DNA from: Octopus sinensis
Taxonomy: Eukaryota
NCBI RefSeq assembly: GCF_006345805.1
Contig: NW_021824730.1
Span: forward strand, 1 to 17,926
Direction of reading: 5' to 3'
Length of the DNA: 17,926 bases
The position numbers were made by a program, and so were the translations under genes. The notes beneath the pieces were generated by a model. The model searched no databases. It worked only from the letters and a program-made list of their open reading frames with translations, and was not told where the DNA came from. Positions 9,063-17,926 of this stretch are shown here, piece by piece. Each line of letters opens with the position of its first letter. Position 1 is the stretch's first letter.

Positions 9063-9304
9063 TGTGTGTGTGTGTTTGTGTCTGTGTTTGTGCCCAACCA
9101 CTGCTTGATAACCGGTATTTGTGACTTTATGTTTCAGTAACTTAGCGTTTCAGCAAAGAAATTGATAGAATAAGTACCAGGCTTTATGTAAAAGGGAAAA
9201 AAAGACAAAAATGGCATAGATCCATTCAACTATAAAATATTCTCAAGGTGGTGCCCCGGCAATACCGAAGTCTAATGTGTGAAACAAGTAAAAGATAAAA
9301 GATA
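8806..9304 (+). mobile_element. Composite tRNA-derived SINE group B (CORE-like motif, internal (GTAT)n(GT)n, long tail ending GAAACAAGTAAAAGATAAAAGA)
   Basis: GGCTGTGTGGTAAG A-box-like head; ACCTTGGGCAAGT at 8880-8892 resembles the start of the MIR/CORE segment; homologous to 10472-10655. Joining head and tail into one element is partly from recall of octopus repeats. Confidence 0.75.
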
Positions 9305-9889
9305 TATATTCCGAATTTCTTTAGCTTTATTTACACGTATTACACTACACAAATATAGAGAGCAAAGCAGGACTAATGCACAAAGTATTAAGAATTCGAC
9401 AAACATAAATAAAATATACAATGCAGCCTACAACTATACTGAACTTCTAATGATCATGAGATTTATTTAATAAAATAAATAAAACATACGTGAACCATAA
9501 ACTGACAAGGAAAAACTGTTGAATACAATTACTATCCTACAACATGTATAAGTTAAGGGAAATGTTGAAAAGATGCAATTTCGAGATTTTCGCTTCATTT
9601 CACCTCGCCACAAAATATTGCTCCGTTTGCTAACTTCCTTGTTTAAAAACTAATTTAGAATCTGTTCCGACACTTGAGGTATTTCGAATTTAATTACACC
9701 GTTGTTTTCCACTAGCTACGGTTAGCATATTTAAAATAAATTACACCTGTAGGACTTTCAGATTTTAATTACGCTGCTGCACATCACTAGCACAGGTATA
9801 TGAAATTAATACGTTGTTTCTCTCTGATTTTCTCATTTTTTTTAAAACCCATATTTCATACATTTCACTGCTCACTTAACGAGAAATAT

Positions 9890-10094
9890 TAATTTCAAAT
9901 TTGATACAAGGCCAGTAAGTTCAGGGAATAGGTAAGCTGATTACATCCACCCAGTGCTCAACCGTTACTCATTTTATCGAAAGGATGAAAGACGGGTCTA
10001 CCTCGGTGGAATTTGAACTCAGAACATAAAGACGGGCGAAATGCCGCTAAACATTTTGCCATGCGTGCTAATGATTCTGCCAGCTCACCTCTTA
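9890..10094 (-). mobile_element. Diverged near full-length SINE group A with CTGGCCTTGTATCAAATTTGAAA-type tail
   Basis: Head GAGCTGGCAGAATCATTAGC, B box GAGTTCAAATTCC, central domain. Confidence 0.85.
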
Positions 10095-10173
10095 ACATAA
10101 TTAGAAATATTGCTACTATAACTTAATTATAGAAGTATTTGACTTTTTAAATCACATGTAAAATAGATTAAAA

Positions 10174-10175
<2 letters not shown>

Positions 10176-10232
<57 letters not shown>
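10176..10232. repeat. (TA)n microsatellite
   Basis: Perfect array. Confidence 0.97.
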
Positions 10233-10236
<4 letters not shown>

Positions 10237-10471
10237 ACTGTGTGTGTGGCTGTGTATGTGTTAGTGCGTGCGTACACAAAATAAACATCTCTAAATTCCA
10301 CTTAGCCGCTTCCATTAATTGGTCTAATTCGAAACATATTTTATTCCAGATTTATTGTAAATGTCTCTTAGGATATTATTTCCAGACCGGCTTTATATTA
10401 TGGTTTCAAAAACATTGCAATTTTAATGTTCACGTCTTCTAAAGTGCATTATTTTCATAATTAATGATGTA

Positions 10472-10655
10472 TAGGCTCAGGCATTGCTGTATGATAAGAA
10501 GCATGTTTCCCAACGACGTGGTTCAGGGTTCAGTCCCACTGCATGGTACTTTGGACAAGTGCCTTCTACTATAGCCTTAAGCCTACCAAAGCCTTGCGAG
10601 TGGATTTGGTTGACGGAAACTGTAAAGAAGCCCATCGTATATATATATGTATGTT
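10472..10655 (+). mobile_element. SINE group B, head plus CORE-like region
   Basis: GGGTTCAGTCCC B-box-like motif; CTTCTACTATAGCC...GTGGATTTGGTTGACGGAAACTG matches 8806-8945. Confidence 0.85.
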
Positions 10656-10883
10656 TGAAAAAAGTAAAAGAATGATTTCTCTGGTAGTTCTAATCGGTTT
10701 AATTTACTATTTTTTAAATTTTTTAATAATATAAATTTCAGTTCATAGATCTATGAACTAATATTTATATAATTAAAAAAATTTTAAAATAATTAATTTA
10801 GCTGATTAGAACAACCAGTAAAATCATTCATTTTCTTTTTTCAAATATAACCAACTGTACCAACGATCTCACACATTTTCCAA

Positions 10884-10886
10884 TAC

Positions 10887-10929
<43 letters not shown>

Positions 10930-10970
10930 ATATATAATATATATATATTATATATATATATATATATATA
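10884..10970. repeat. (TACA)n/(TA)n microsatellite
   Basis: Visible array. Confidence 0.9.
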
Positions 10971-11072
10971 TGGATTACATAGACAAATACGGGTATGTTA
11001 AACACCATCAAACATAAATTCTTCATTTATTAAAATTATCTCCTTTTTTAAGATATGCATCAAAATTTTTAG

Positions 11073-11103
11073 GTGGCAGTTAAGACCGTCTCCATATGAG
11101 AAG
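11073..11103 (+). CDS. Candidate 31-nt micro-exon (phase 2 to phase 0 reading xWQLRPSPYEK), product unknown
   Basis: TTTTTAG|G acceptor and AAG|GTGAGT consensus donor; one frame open. Splice signals only, no homology recognised. Confidence 0.2.
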
Positions 11104-11293
11104 GTGAGTTAATGTCAAGAATGAGGGATGAAGGATTCTCCAGAACTGACATTGCATAAAGGAAAAGGACAAATTTATCGTCTGGAGAGAGTAAGACATT
11201 CTTGAATACGTGTTTCTGACTCAACAGCCGTTGACAGCACGGCTTTATTGATAACGAAGCATCCAGCTATATGTATTATGCACGTTAAAAATA

Positions 11294-11600
11294 GGAGGCA
11301 CATGGCCTAGTGGTTAGAGCAGCGGACTCGTGGTCGAGGGATGGTGGGTTCGAATCTCAGACCGGGCGATGTGTGTGTTTATGAGCGAAACACCTAAGCT
11401 CCACGCGGCTCCGGCAGAAGATAATGGCGAACTTCTGCTGACTCTTTCGCCACAACTTTCTCTCACTCTTTCCTCCTACATCTTGCAGCTCACCTGCGAC
11501 GGACCGGCGTCCCGTCCAGGTGGGGAACCTATACGCCAAGGAAACCGGGAAAAAACGGACCTATGAGCGATGCGTCGTGGCTCGGGAGGGACAAACAATA
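11294..11600 (+). mobile_element. Intact tRNA-derived SINE group C with V-domain-like segment, 12-bp TSD
   Basis: A box TGGCCTAGTGG 11303-11313; B box GGTTCGAATC 11347-11356; CCTGCGACGGACCGGCGTCCCGTCCAGG 11493-11520 resembles the V-SINE conserved domain; ACGTTAAAAATA at 11282-11293 and 11601-11612. Confidence 0.92.
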
Positions 11601-11930
11601 ACGTTAAAAATAAGTATCCCTATCCAAGGTGAGCGAAATCATGTTTGATAGCTAAACGTTGATTCATGTAAATTCGTTTGTTGAAACATATTTCGTTGTA
11701 TGTCAGGTGATCTATTTTAATTTACAATTCCATGATACCTTTTCATAAATTACATTATGTCATACGTTGCTATGTTCCTCTAATAACCAGAAGCAGCCAG
11801 CAACACGAGCGGTATTTCTAACAGAGTTTGTACGCCAAGTGTTCAACGTTAAATATTTGACGGACGTCAGTAATACAACGCACCGCCATTATCCAATATA
11901 TGAAACTATATTTCGAGGCCTGAATGACAG

Positions 11931-12287
11931 AAGATTGATGATCAAATGTTTAACATGCGCAATAAGATACAGGAAAAATCTTTGTTGAGTGCATTCCAAA
12001 CAATAGCACAGCAGCTGCGTGTGATATTACACGAAGCGAACTTTAAAACGTCGGCTGCACATCTTGACAACTGTGCGGAATCTCATGAATTATTAATAAG
12101 CATCTCTGAACAATTCATTGCTATGGTGAAGCTTCTTGTTCGGTATACCGGCGACAGCATGATTGAAGAACACAAGACAGGGGCGGAGAATTCTTGTGAT
12201 CTAAGATCAGATTACCAACAGTATCAAGATTTAATTGTTAAGAAAGATGAAAACGAAATCAACGAAAAAAAAGCAAGTTTGAAGTAA
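11931..12287 (+). CDS. Non-repetitive 119-codon open frame (KIDDQMFNMRNKIQEK...EKKASLK*); candidate terminal exon or decayed transposase/pseudogene fragment
   Basis: Longest complex-sequence ORF in the window; an overlapping open frame at 11767-11988 could join it by one frameshift; helical-looking composition; family not recognised. Confidence 0.3.
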   Translation, partial: KIDDQMFNMRNKIQEKSLLSAFQTIAQQLRVILHEANFKTSAAHLDNCAESHELLISISEQFIAMVKLLVRYTGDSMIEEHKTGAENSCDLRSDYQQYQDLIVKKDENEINEKKASLK

Positions 12288-12320
12288 TTGACCTCATGTA
12301 AGGAGGTTAAAGACTCTAGA

Positions 12321-12321
<1 letters not shown>

Positions 12322-12385
<64 letters not shown>

Positions 12386-12416
12386 TATTATATTATTATT
12401 ATTATTATTATTATTT
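12322..12416. repeat. (TAT)n microsatellite
   Basis: Near-perfect array. Confidence 0.95.
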
Positions 12417-12430
12417 TCATGATGATTTCT

Positions 12431-12618
12431 AAGGCGGCGATCTGGCAGTAGCGTTAGCACGCCGGGTGAAATGCTTTCCGATATTTCGTCTGTCGTTACG
12501 TTCTGAGTTCAAATTCCGCCGAGGTCGACTTTGCCTTTCAACCTTTCGGGGTCGATATACTATCACCAAATATCAGGCCTTATGCCAACAGTAGAAACGA
12601 TTATTATTATTATTATTA

Positions 12619-12671
<53 letters not shown>
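12431..12671 (+). mobile_element. SINE group A with internal deletion and (ATT)n tail
   Basis: Head AAGGCGGCGATCTGGCAG; B box GAGTTCAAATTCC 12505-12517; a single GGGGTCGAT (12548-12556) where other copies have two; tail matches 7700-7740, then (ATT)n 12600-12671. Confidence 0.9.
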
Positions 12672-12673
<2 letters not shown>

Positions 12674-12703
12674 GGTAGCGAGTGTATGTGTGTGTATGCA
12701 TAT

Positions 12704-12815
12704 ACGATGGGCTTCTTTCAGTTTCCATCTACCAAATCAACTCACAAGGTCCAAGACAATTGCGCAAGATGCCACGCAATGTGCTCGAGAAACAAACTCC
12801 TTACTACGCAGCCAT
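12704..12815 (-). mobile_element. SINE group B fragment with internal deletion
   Basis: Reverse complement reads TGGCTGCGTAGTAAG...GCGTGGCATCTTGCGCAATTGTCTT...CCTTGTGAGTTGATTTGGTAGATGGAAACTGAAAGAAGCCCATCG. Confidence 0.85.
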
Positions 12816-12844
12816 GTACACACACACGCACACCCACATTTACT

Positions 12845-13010
12845 GGCTAGAATTTTGCACAAGTTCTGTCTACGAAGTTCACGGAAAATACATTATGCTC
12901 GCGTGTATTAGAGTAGGAGACATTTGCCCGATGTGCCGCAGAGGAGGACTGAGATCGAAGCCAAGATGTTTGCAAAGCTGTCTTCGGAACCACACAGCCA
13001 TTCGTGCGCC
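12845..13010 (-). mobile_element. Old diverged SINE group B-related copy
   Basis: Reverse complement GGCGCACGAATGGCTGTGTGGTT...GCGGCACATCGGGCAAATGTCTCCTACT. Confidence 0.65.
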
Positions 13011-13084
13011 GGTAGCCAACATGTGTCCGTACATATGAAATTCATATGCATTTTTATCCATATATAAGAAGTCAGATACGGTGT

Positions 13085-14075
13085 CTATCACCATCTACAC
13101 CATCACCACCACCACCACCACCACCATCGGTGCCGCCGACACCATTATCACCCCCACCACCACCGCCATACACAACAATAATAGGTACAACAGTAAAACA
13201 TTATCATTACCCATTTCTTTATTACCCACAAGGGGCTAAACACAGAGAGGACAAACAAGGACAGACAAACGGATTAAGTCGATTACATCGACCCCAGTGC
13301 ATAACTGGTACTTAATTTATCGACCCCGAAAGGATGAATGGCAAAGTCGACCTCGGCGGAATTTGAACTCAGAACGTAACGGCAGGCGAAATACAGCTAC
13401 GCATATCGCCAGCTCGCCGCCTTTAAAACATTATCATTACCATTTTGGTTATGTACCAACATCATCATTACAAACGCAGCCGCCACAACTATCACCATCA
13501 CAATACCACCACCACCACCACCACCACCTCCAGTACTAACAAGAAAAGTCACCAGTACCAGCAGCAACACCATCATCATAACCATCACCACAACCATCAA
13601 CATCACAACCATAACGACCACGACGATGAGCACCACCAACACCAACACCACCAACATCACCTCTCCAACCGGCAGACTACCACCACCACCACCACTATCA
13701 GACCATCACCTCTACCAGACCACCACCATCACCACTAACACCACTACCTAGGCCTCCAACGCCAATACCACCAGACCAGCAGTGGCACTACCACCACCAC
13801 TACAACTACCACCGTCGTCATCACTACCACCACCACCACCACCACCACTACCACTACCACCATCGTCCTCACCAACACCACCACCACCAACAACAACAAC
13901 AACAACAACAGCACCATCACCACCACCACAACCACAACCACCCCTACTACTACCACCGTCGTTCTCACCATCACTACCACCAACACCACCAACACCACCA
14001 CCACCACCACCACTACCACTACCACTACTACCACCACCACCACCACCATCACCATCACTACCACCACCCTAACTA
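13085..14075. repeat. ~1 kb (CAC/ACC/CAT/CAA)-rich degenerate trinucleotide field, interrupted by a SINE
   Basis: Visible; source of the poly-Pro, His, Thr and Val ORFs. Confidence 0.92.
13212..13423 (-). mobile_element. SINE group A with 18-bp TSD and ~20-nt deletion through the A-box region
   Basis: TAAAACATTATCATTACC at 13194-13211 and 13424-13441; tail TTAATCCGTTTGTCTGTCCTTG...AATAAAGAAAT; head reads GAGCTGGCGATATGCG, lacking AGAAACGTTAGCACGCCGGG. Confidence 0.93.
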
Positions 14076-14482
14076 CTACATTATATATTTAATTAAGACA
14101 TGTCAAGAGAAGAAAGAGTACATGTTTTTGCCAATTTTGAAGTACATTTAAACTTAATTAATTTGGTTATGTCAATTTACTCGGCTCTCCATCACCACCT
14201 CCTCCTGCCCTTCTCCTCATCCTACCACCCCCACGAACCACGAACACCACCACCACCACCATCACCATCAACCCCCATCACTTCCACCACCGCAAACGCT
14301 TTCTCGCCACCCACACTACATGTCTTCGACAATATGCCTTCTTTCTTTCCTTCGTTCTTTCTTTCTTTTTTCTTTCTTTCCTCCCTTCCTTCCTTCTGTC
14401 TTTTTTCTTTCTTTTATTGTTTATTTTTCGTTTTCTTCTTGGAAATATTGCCATTTCTGTACGATTTGTCACTTTGTTACAC

Positions 14483-14550
14483 CGCTGCTGCTGCAGCTAC
14501 TACTGCTGCTGCTGCAGCTACTACTGCTGCTGCTGCTACTACTACTACTA

Positions 14551-14595
<45 letters not shown>

Positions 14596-14890
14596 AGCTA
14601 CTGATGTTAGTGGTGATGGAGACAATGACGACGACGACGACGACGACGATGATGATGATGATGGTGGTGATGCAGATGCTGGTAGGGGGTTGTCGATGGT
14701 TGTATTGGAGACGATGCTGATAGTGGCATTGATGATGATGATGATGATGATGACGTTGATGATGACAATTAAACTCTGTGTGTGTTTGTATTTGTATGCA
14801 TGTATATGTATGTATGTGTATGTGTGTGCATGTGTATGTGTGTGTATGTGTGTGTATGTGTATGTGTGTGTATGTGCGTGTGTGTGTGGG
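14483..14890. repeat. Compound repeat: 21-bp unit GCTGCTGCTGCAGCTACTACT x2+, (TAC)n, (GAC)n(GAT)n, (TG/TATG)n
   Basis: Visible arrays. Confidence 0.92.
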
Positions 14891-15272
14891 AGTGTGCTTG
14901 TGCACGCTCGCTCGTAGTGATGTTGACTTAGTTTGATCGTTTGTCGATACAAGGCATCATTGGAGCGTCGAACAAAATGGCATAAGAAATTGTATTTCTA
15001 CCGGCTCCTCTCTTTACATTTTGAGGACAACCTTGCCTTTAATCCTTTCTGTGCCAATTAAATACGTACATATATTCCTCAATGAAAAGTCTGTATGTGA
15101 GCAAATGCCTAACTGATAAATTGGTTATAGTTGGATTATCAGGAAGAAAGAAAGAACAGAAATTCAGCAAAATGGTTCATAACAATTACAATTTGTAAGA
15201 GGAACAGTAAAAGTATGTAAGACTTTTCACAAGTTTAAAATGTGACATAATTTTTGCTAACAACATTCCAAT

Positions 15273-15562
15273 GATGAAATGATGAAATGCAAAGTCGACC
15301 TCAACTGAATTTGAACTCAGAACGTAACAGCAGACGAAATACCTATTTCTTTACTACCCGCAAGGGACTAAACACAGAGAGTACAAACAAGGACAGACAA
15401 ACGGATTAAGTCGATAATATAGACTCCAGTGCGTTACTGGTACTTAATTTATCGACCCCGAAAGGATGAAAGGTAAAGTCGACCTCGGCGGAATTTTAAC
15501 TCAGAACGTAAAGACAAACGAAATACCGCTAAGCATTTCGCCCGGTGCGCTAACGTTTCTGC

Positions 15563-15563
<1 letters not shown>
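15273..15563 (-). mobile_element. SINE group A partial head-to-tail dimer
   Basis: Unit 1 15563-15343; junction AAAGAAATAG|GTATTTCGTCTG; unit 2 15342-15281 begins inside the tRNA head and ends with ATTTCATC duplicated. Confidence 0.88.

Positions 15564-15628
<65 letters not shown>
15564..15628. repeat. (TA)n(GA)n microsatellite
   Basis: Visible array. Confidence 0.95.
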
Positions 15629-15632
<4 letters not shown>

Positions 15633-15679
15633 ATTAGATATATTCATTGATCTCTCTCGCTTAGTTCGAAGAAACTCCA

Positions 15680-15699
15680 CCACTACCACCAGCACTACC

Positions 15700-15731
<32 letters not shown>

Positions 15732-16400
15732 CAACACTACCACTACCACTGTGACTACTACAACTAAATCCGTATCTGCCATAGAAGCCTCATGAAAAGT
15801 TACAATTAGGCAATATCAACAACGACAACAGCTACAACAACAACAACAACGACTGTAGCAGCAATAATAAAAACAACAACAACAGCAACAACAACAACTA
15901 TAAGACGTGCAATATGTGTAGGTTTGGTTATTTAAGGAGCGGATGCCATAATGGAAACCTGGCAGTATACAAAAATGGCATTTGGCAAATGTGTAGTAAC
16001 AATACCATTATTGGCACCACCGCTTCTTCCATTATTGAGCCCACCACTACCACTACTGCAACCATCACCACCACGTACACCTCCTCCGCCACCATTACCA
16101 CTACCACTACCACTACAACAACTACCACCACAACAACTACATCCACCAATGCAACCAGCTCAACCACTACCAACACCACCACTGAAATCGCTGTCAGTTT
16201 TTACCAAGTTTATAACCATTCTCACAACTACTACAACCTATACCACCACCAACACCACCGCTATCACCACCACCACTACCATCGGAACCATCAATATCAC
16301 AACCACCACCATCAAGATTACCACTATTACTATCACCATCAGAACCACCACTACCACCATCAACCATCATCACAGCTAGCGCCACCATCTCTACAAATAT
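15680..16400. repeat. (CAC/CAA/ACT)-rich degenerate trinucleotide fields with a ~100-bp unique island at 15905-16010
   Basis: Visible. Confidence 0.85.
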
Positions 16401-16439
16401 CATTTATCAGCAGCAACGCCATCAATGGATATTTCTATA

Positions 16440-16556
16440 TCTGCTTTGTATGTGTATATGTGTGCATGTGTAAATGTGTAAAATTATGTAATTGTGTGTA
16501 TGTATGTATGTATGTATTTATGTATGTATATATATATATATATGTATGTATGTATG

Positions 16557-16599
<43 letters not shown>

Positions 16600-16797
16600 A
16601 TATACATACACATATATATATCCATATACATACTTGTACATATCTATATATACAATGCATATATATATGTATGTATACACATACATATATCACATATATA
16701 TATATATACTCGTACACACATACACACACACACACACACACATACACACACACACACACACACATACACACACACACACACATACACATATACACAT
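16440..16797. repeat. (TATG)n/(TA)n/(CA)n compound microsatellite
   Basis: Visible arrays. Confidence 0.95.
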
Positions 16798-17424
16798 GCA
16801 GAGGTCAGTATGACATGGCGGTCCCAAAATGGCGATCCGACCACTTAGCTGCCGTACTGAAAATAGTCTTGTGACACTATCCAATAAAACAGATTGTTTG
16901 TGAAGTTTAACAGTTACCATATTTTGAAATCTCGTAGCAGCCAACCCTAACCCTTTTCTGTTTTGTCAGTGAGAGGAGTAGGCTGGGGGTGAATCATTGT
17001 CCTTTGGTTAAAATGAGACGGGAAAAAGGGCGTGACTTGAAAAATGTTTCTGATCATCACGAACAAAAAATTATATTTCGTTTTTGTAATTTGGTATACA
17101 AAATTCATATTGTCAAATCGTGTAGTGAAACAAATGTCTTTGTGTTTTAGGTGGGTCATTGTGCCAATAATAAATACACGCACTGGTTCGATTTCACCAC
17201 TTTGTTTAAAGTAGTCTGTTGGTTAACTGAAGAACTGAAGCTGACCTGGACTAAAGAGAGTTCGACAGGCGTTTAAGGTGACTTGATGTAGAAAAGGCAT
17301 GTCACTGAAAAGGTAGAGATTGGCAATGAAAGGGCATTGAGAAAAAGAAATTATCTGATTGATTAACCAAATGATTTGGCATAACGACCCTCCCAAAGTA
17401 CGATAAAACGTTTTTCTCACACTA

Positions 17425-17451
17425 ACCTTCAGGCACTCTCTCTCTCTCTTC

Positions 17452-17548
<97 letters not shown>

Positions 17549-17552
17549 ACAC
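17425..17552. repeat. (CT)n(CA)n microsatellite
   Basis: Visible arrays. Confidence 0.95.
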
Positions 17553-17669
17553 GTTCTCAGAATAACATTTGTATCATATAGATTATAAGATCAACATGTT
17601 GCTAATCCCTTCCCCGTCCTTATACCATCTCGTGTTTCGATGTTCGGTCCCAATGTGTTTCGTGAGAAA

Positions 17670-17740
17670 CAGCCTTCTACTATAGCTCCGGGCTCGTCAG
17701 TGCCTAGGTAAGCGGAAACTGTGTGGAAGTACATCGTGCG
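17670..17740 (+). mobile_element. SINE group B-related fragment
   Basis: GCCTTCTACTATAGC and CGGAAACTG match 10561-10623. Confidence 0.6.
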
Positions 17741-17743
17741 AAG

Positions 17744-17817
<74 letters not shown>

Positions 17818-17852
17818 TAATACATATGTATGTATGTATGTATGTATGTATG
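17744..17852. repeat. (TA)n/(TATG)n microsatellite
   Basis: Visible array. Confidence 0.95.
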
Positions 17853-17926
17853 TTAAATAGGGAGTGTTTACGAATAAACAAAAAACGAAGACAGGTGGTG
17901 TACAAAACAAACAGATATATTAGTAT
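17853..17926 (-). mobile_element. Second copy of the 4248-4458 element, cut by the window edge
   Basis: Colinear with 4248-4318 and likewise starts at a TA-rich microsatellite. Confidence 0.75.

Noticed and set aside
11294-11365. Possible tRNA gene
   Set aside because: A and B boxes are present, but acceptor and anticodon stems do not pair properly and the sequence continues into a SINE body bounded by TSDs.
12431-12671. Idea that the (ATT)n-tailed SINE is mobilised by the Dong-like LINE at 1-237
   Set aside because: The SINE has (ATT)n on its sense strand whereas the LINE flank is (TAA)n on its sense strand; opposite polarity, and the LINE 3' end is not in the window.
13297-14952. Poly-Pro, His, Val, Asp and Thr ORFs on both strands
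   Set aside because: Overlapping frames on both strands from CAC, TAC and GAT arrays; no splice or domain support.
17151-17276. Strong acceptor TGTCTTTGTGTTTTAG followed by 41 open codons
   Set aside because: No good donor and no recognisable peptide; expected by chance in T-rich DNA.
17655-17705. Minus-strand CTGACGAG...CGAAAC hammerhead-like core
   Set aside because: Stems I, II and III cannot be formed, and the segment is a SINE group B remnant.
1-17926. CRISPR array, prokaryotic operon or rRNA
   Set aside because: No regularly spaced repeat-spacer structure, no dense ORFs and no rRNA motifs; recurring 60-200-bp sequences are dispersed SINE copies.

Overview
AT-rich, microsatellite-saturated eukaryotic intergenic or intronic DNA. 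The SINE types and the extreme simple-repeat load suggest a coleoid cephalopod, probably Octopus (inference from recalled repeat families, no database search). No protein-coding gene is confidently identifiable, and almost all ORFs in the track are translations of simple repeats. Supported content: (1) a 5'-truncated R4/Dong-type non-LTR retrotransposon fragment (restriction-like endonuclease domain, minus strand, 1-237) that the ORF track missed, abutting a (TAA)n tract; (2) about 15 copies or fragments of three tRNA-derived SINE groups, here called A, B and C, three with perfect target-site duplications (TSDs), showing swapped 3' tails, a tailless insertion and a partial dimer; (3) a ~210 bp element embedded in (TA)n that carries a minimal type-I hammerhead-ribozyme-like motif of the Penelope-like kind (4347-4384, minus), with a second copy running off the right edge; (4) a candidate MITE, a strong isolated hairpin and a few weak exon candidates, chiefly a non-repetitive 119-codon open frame at 11931-12287.
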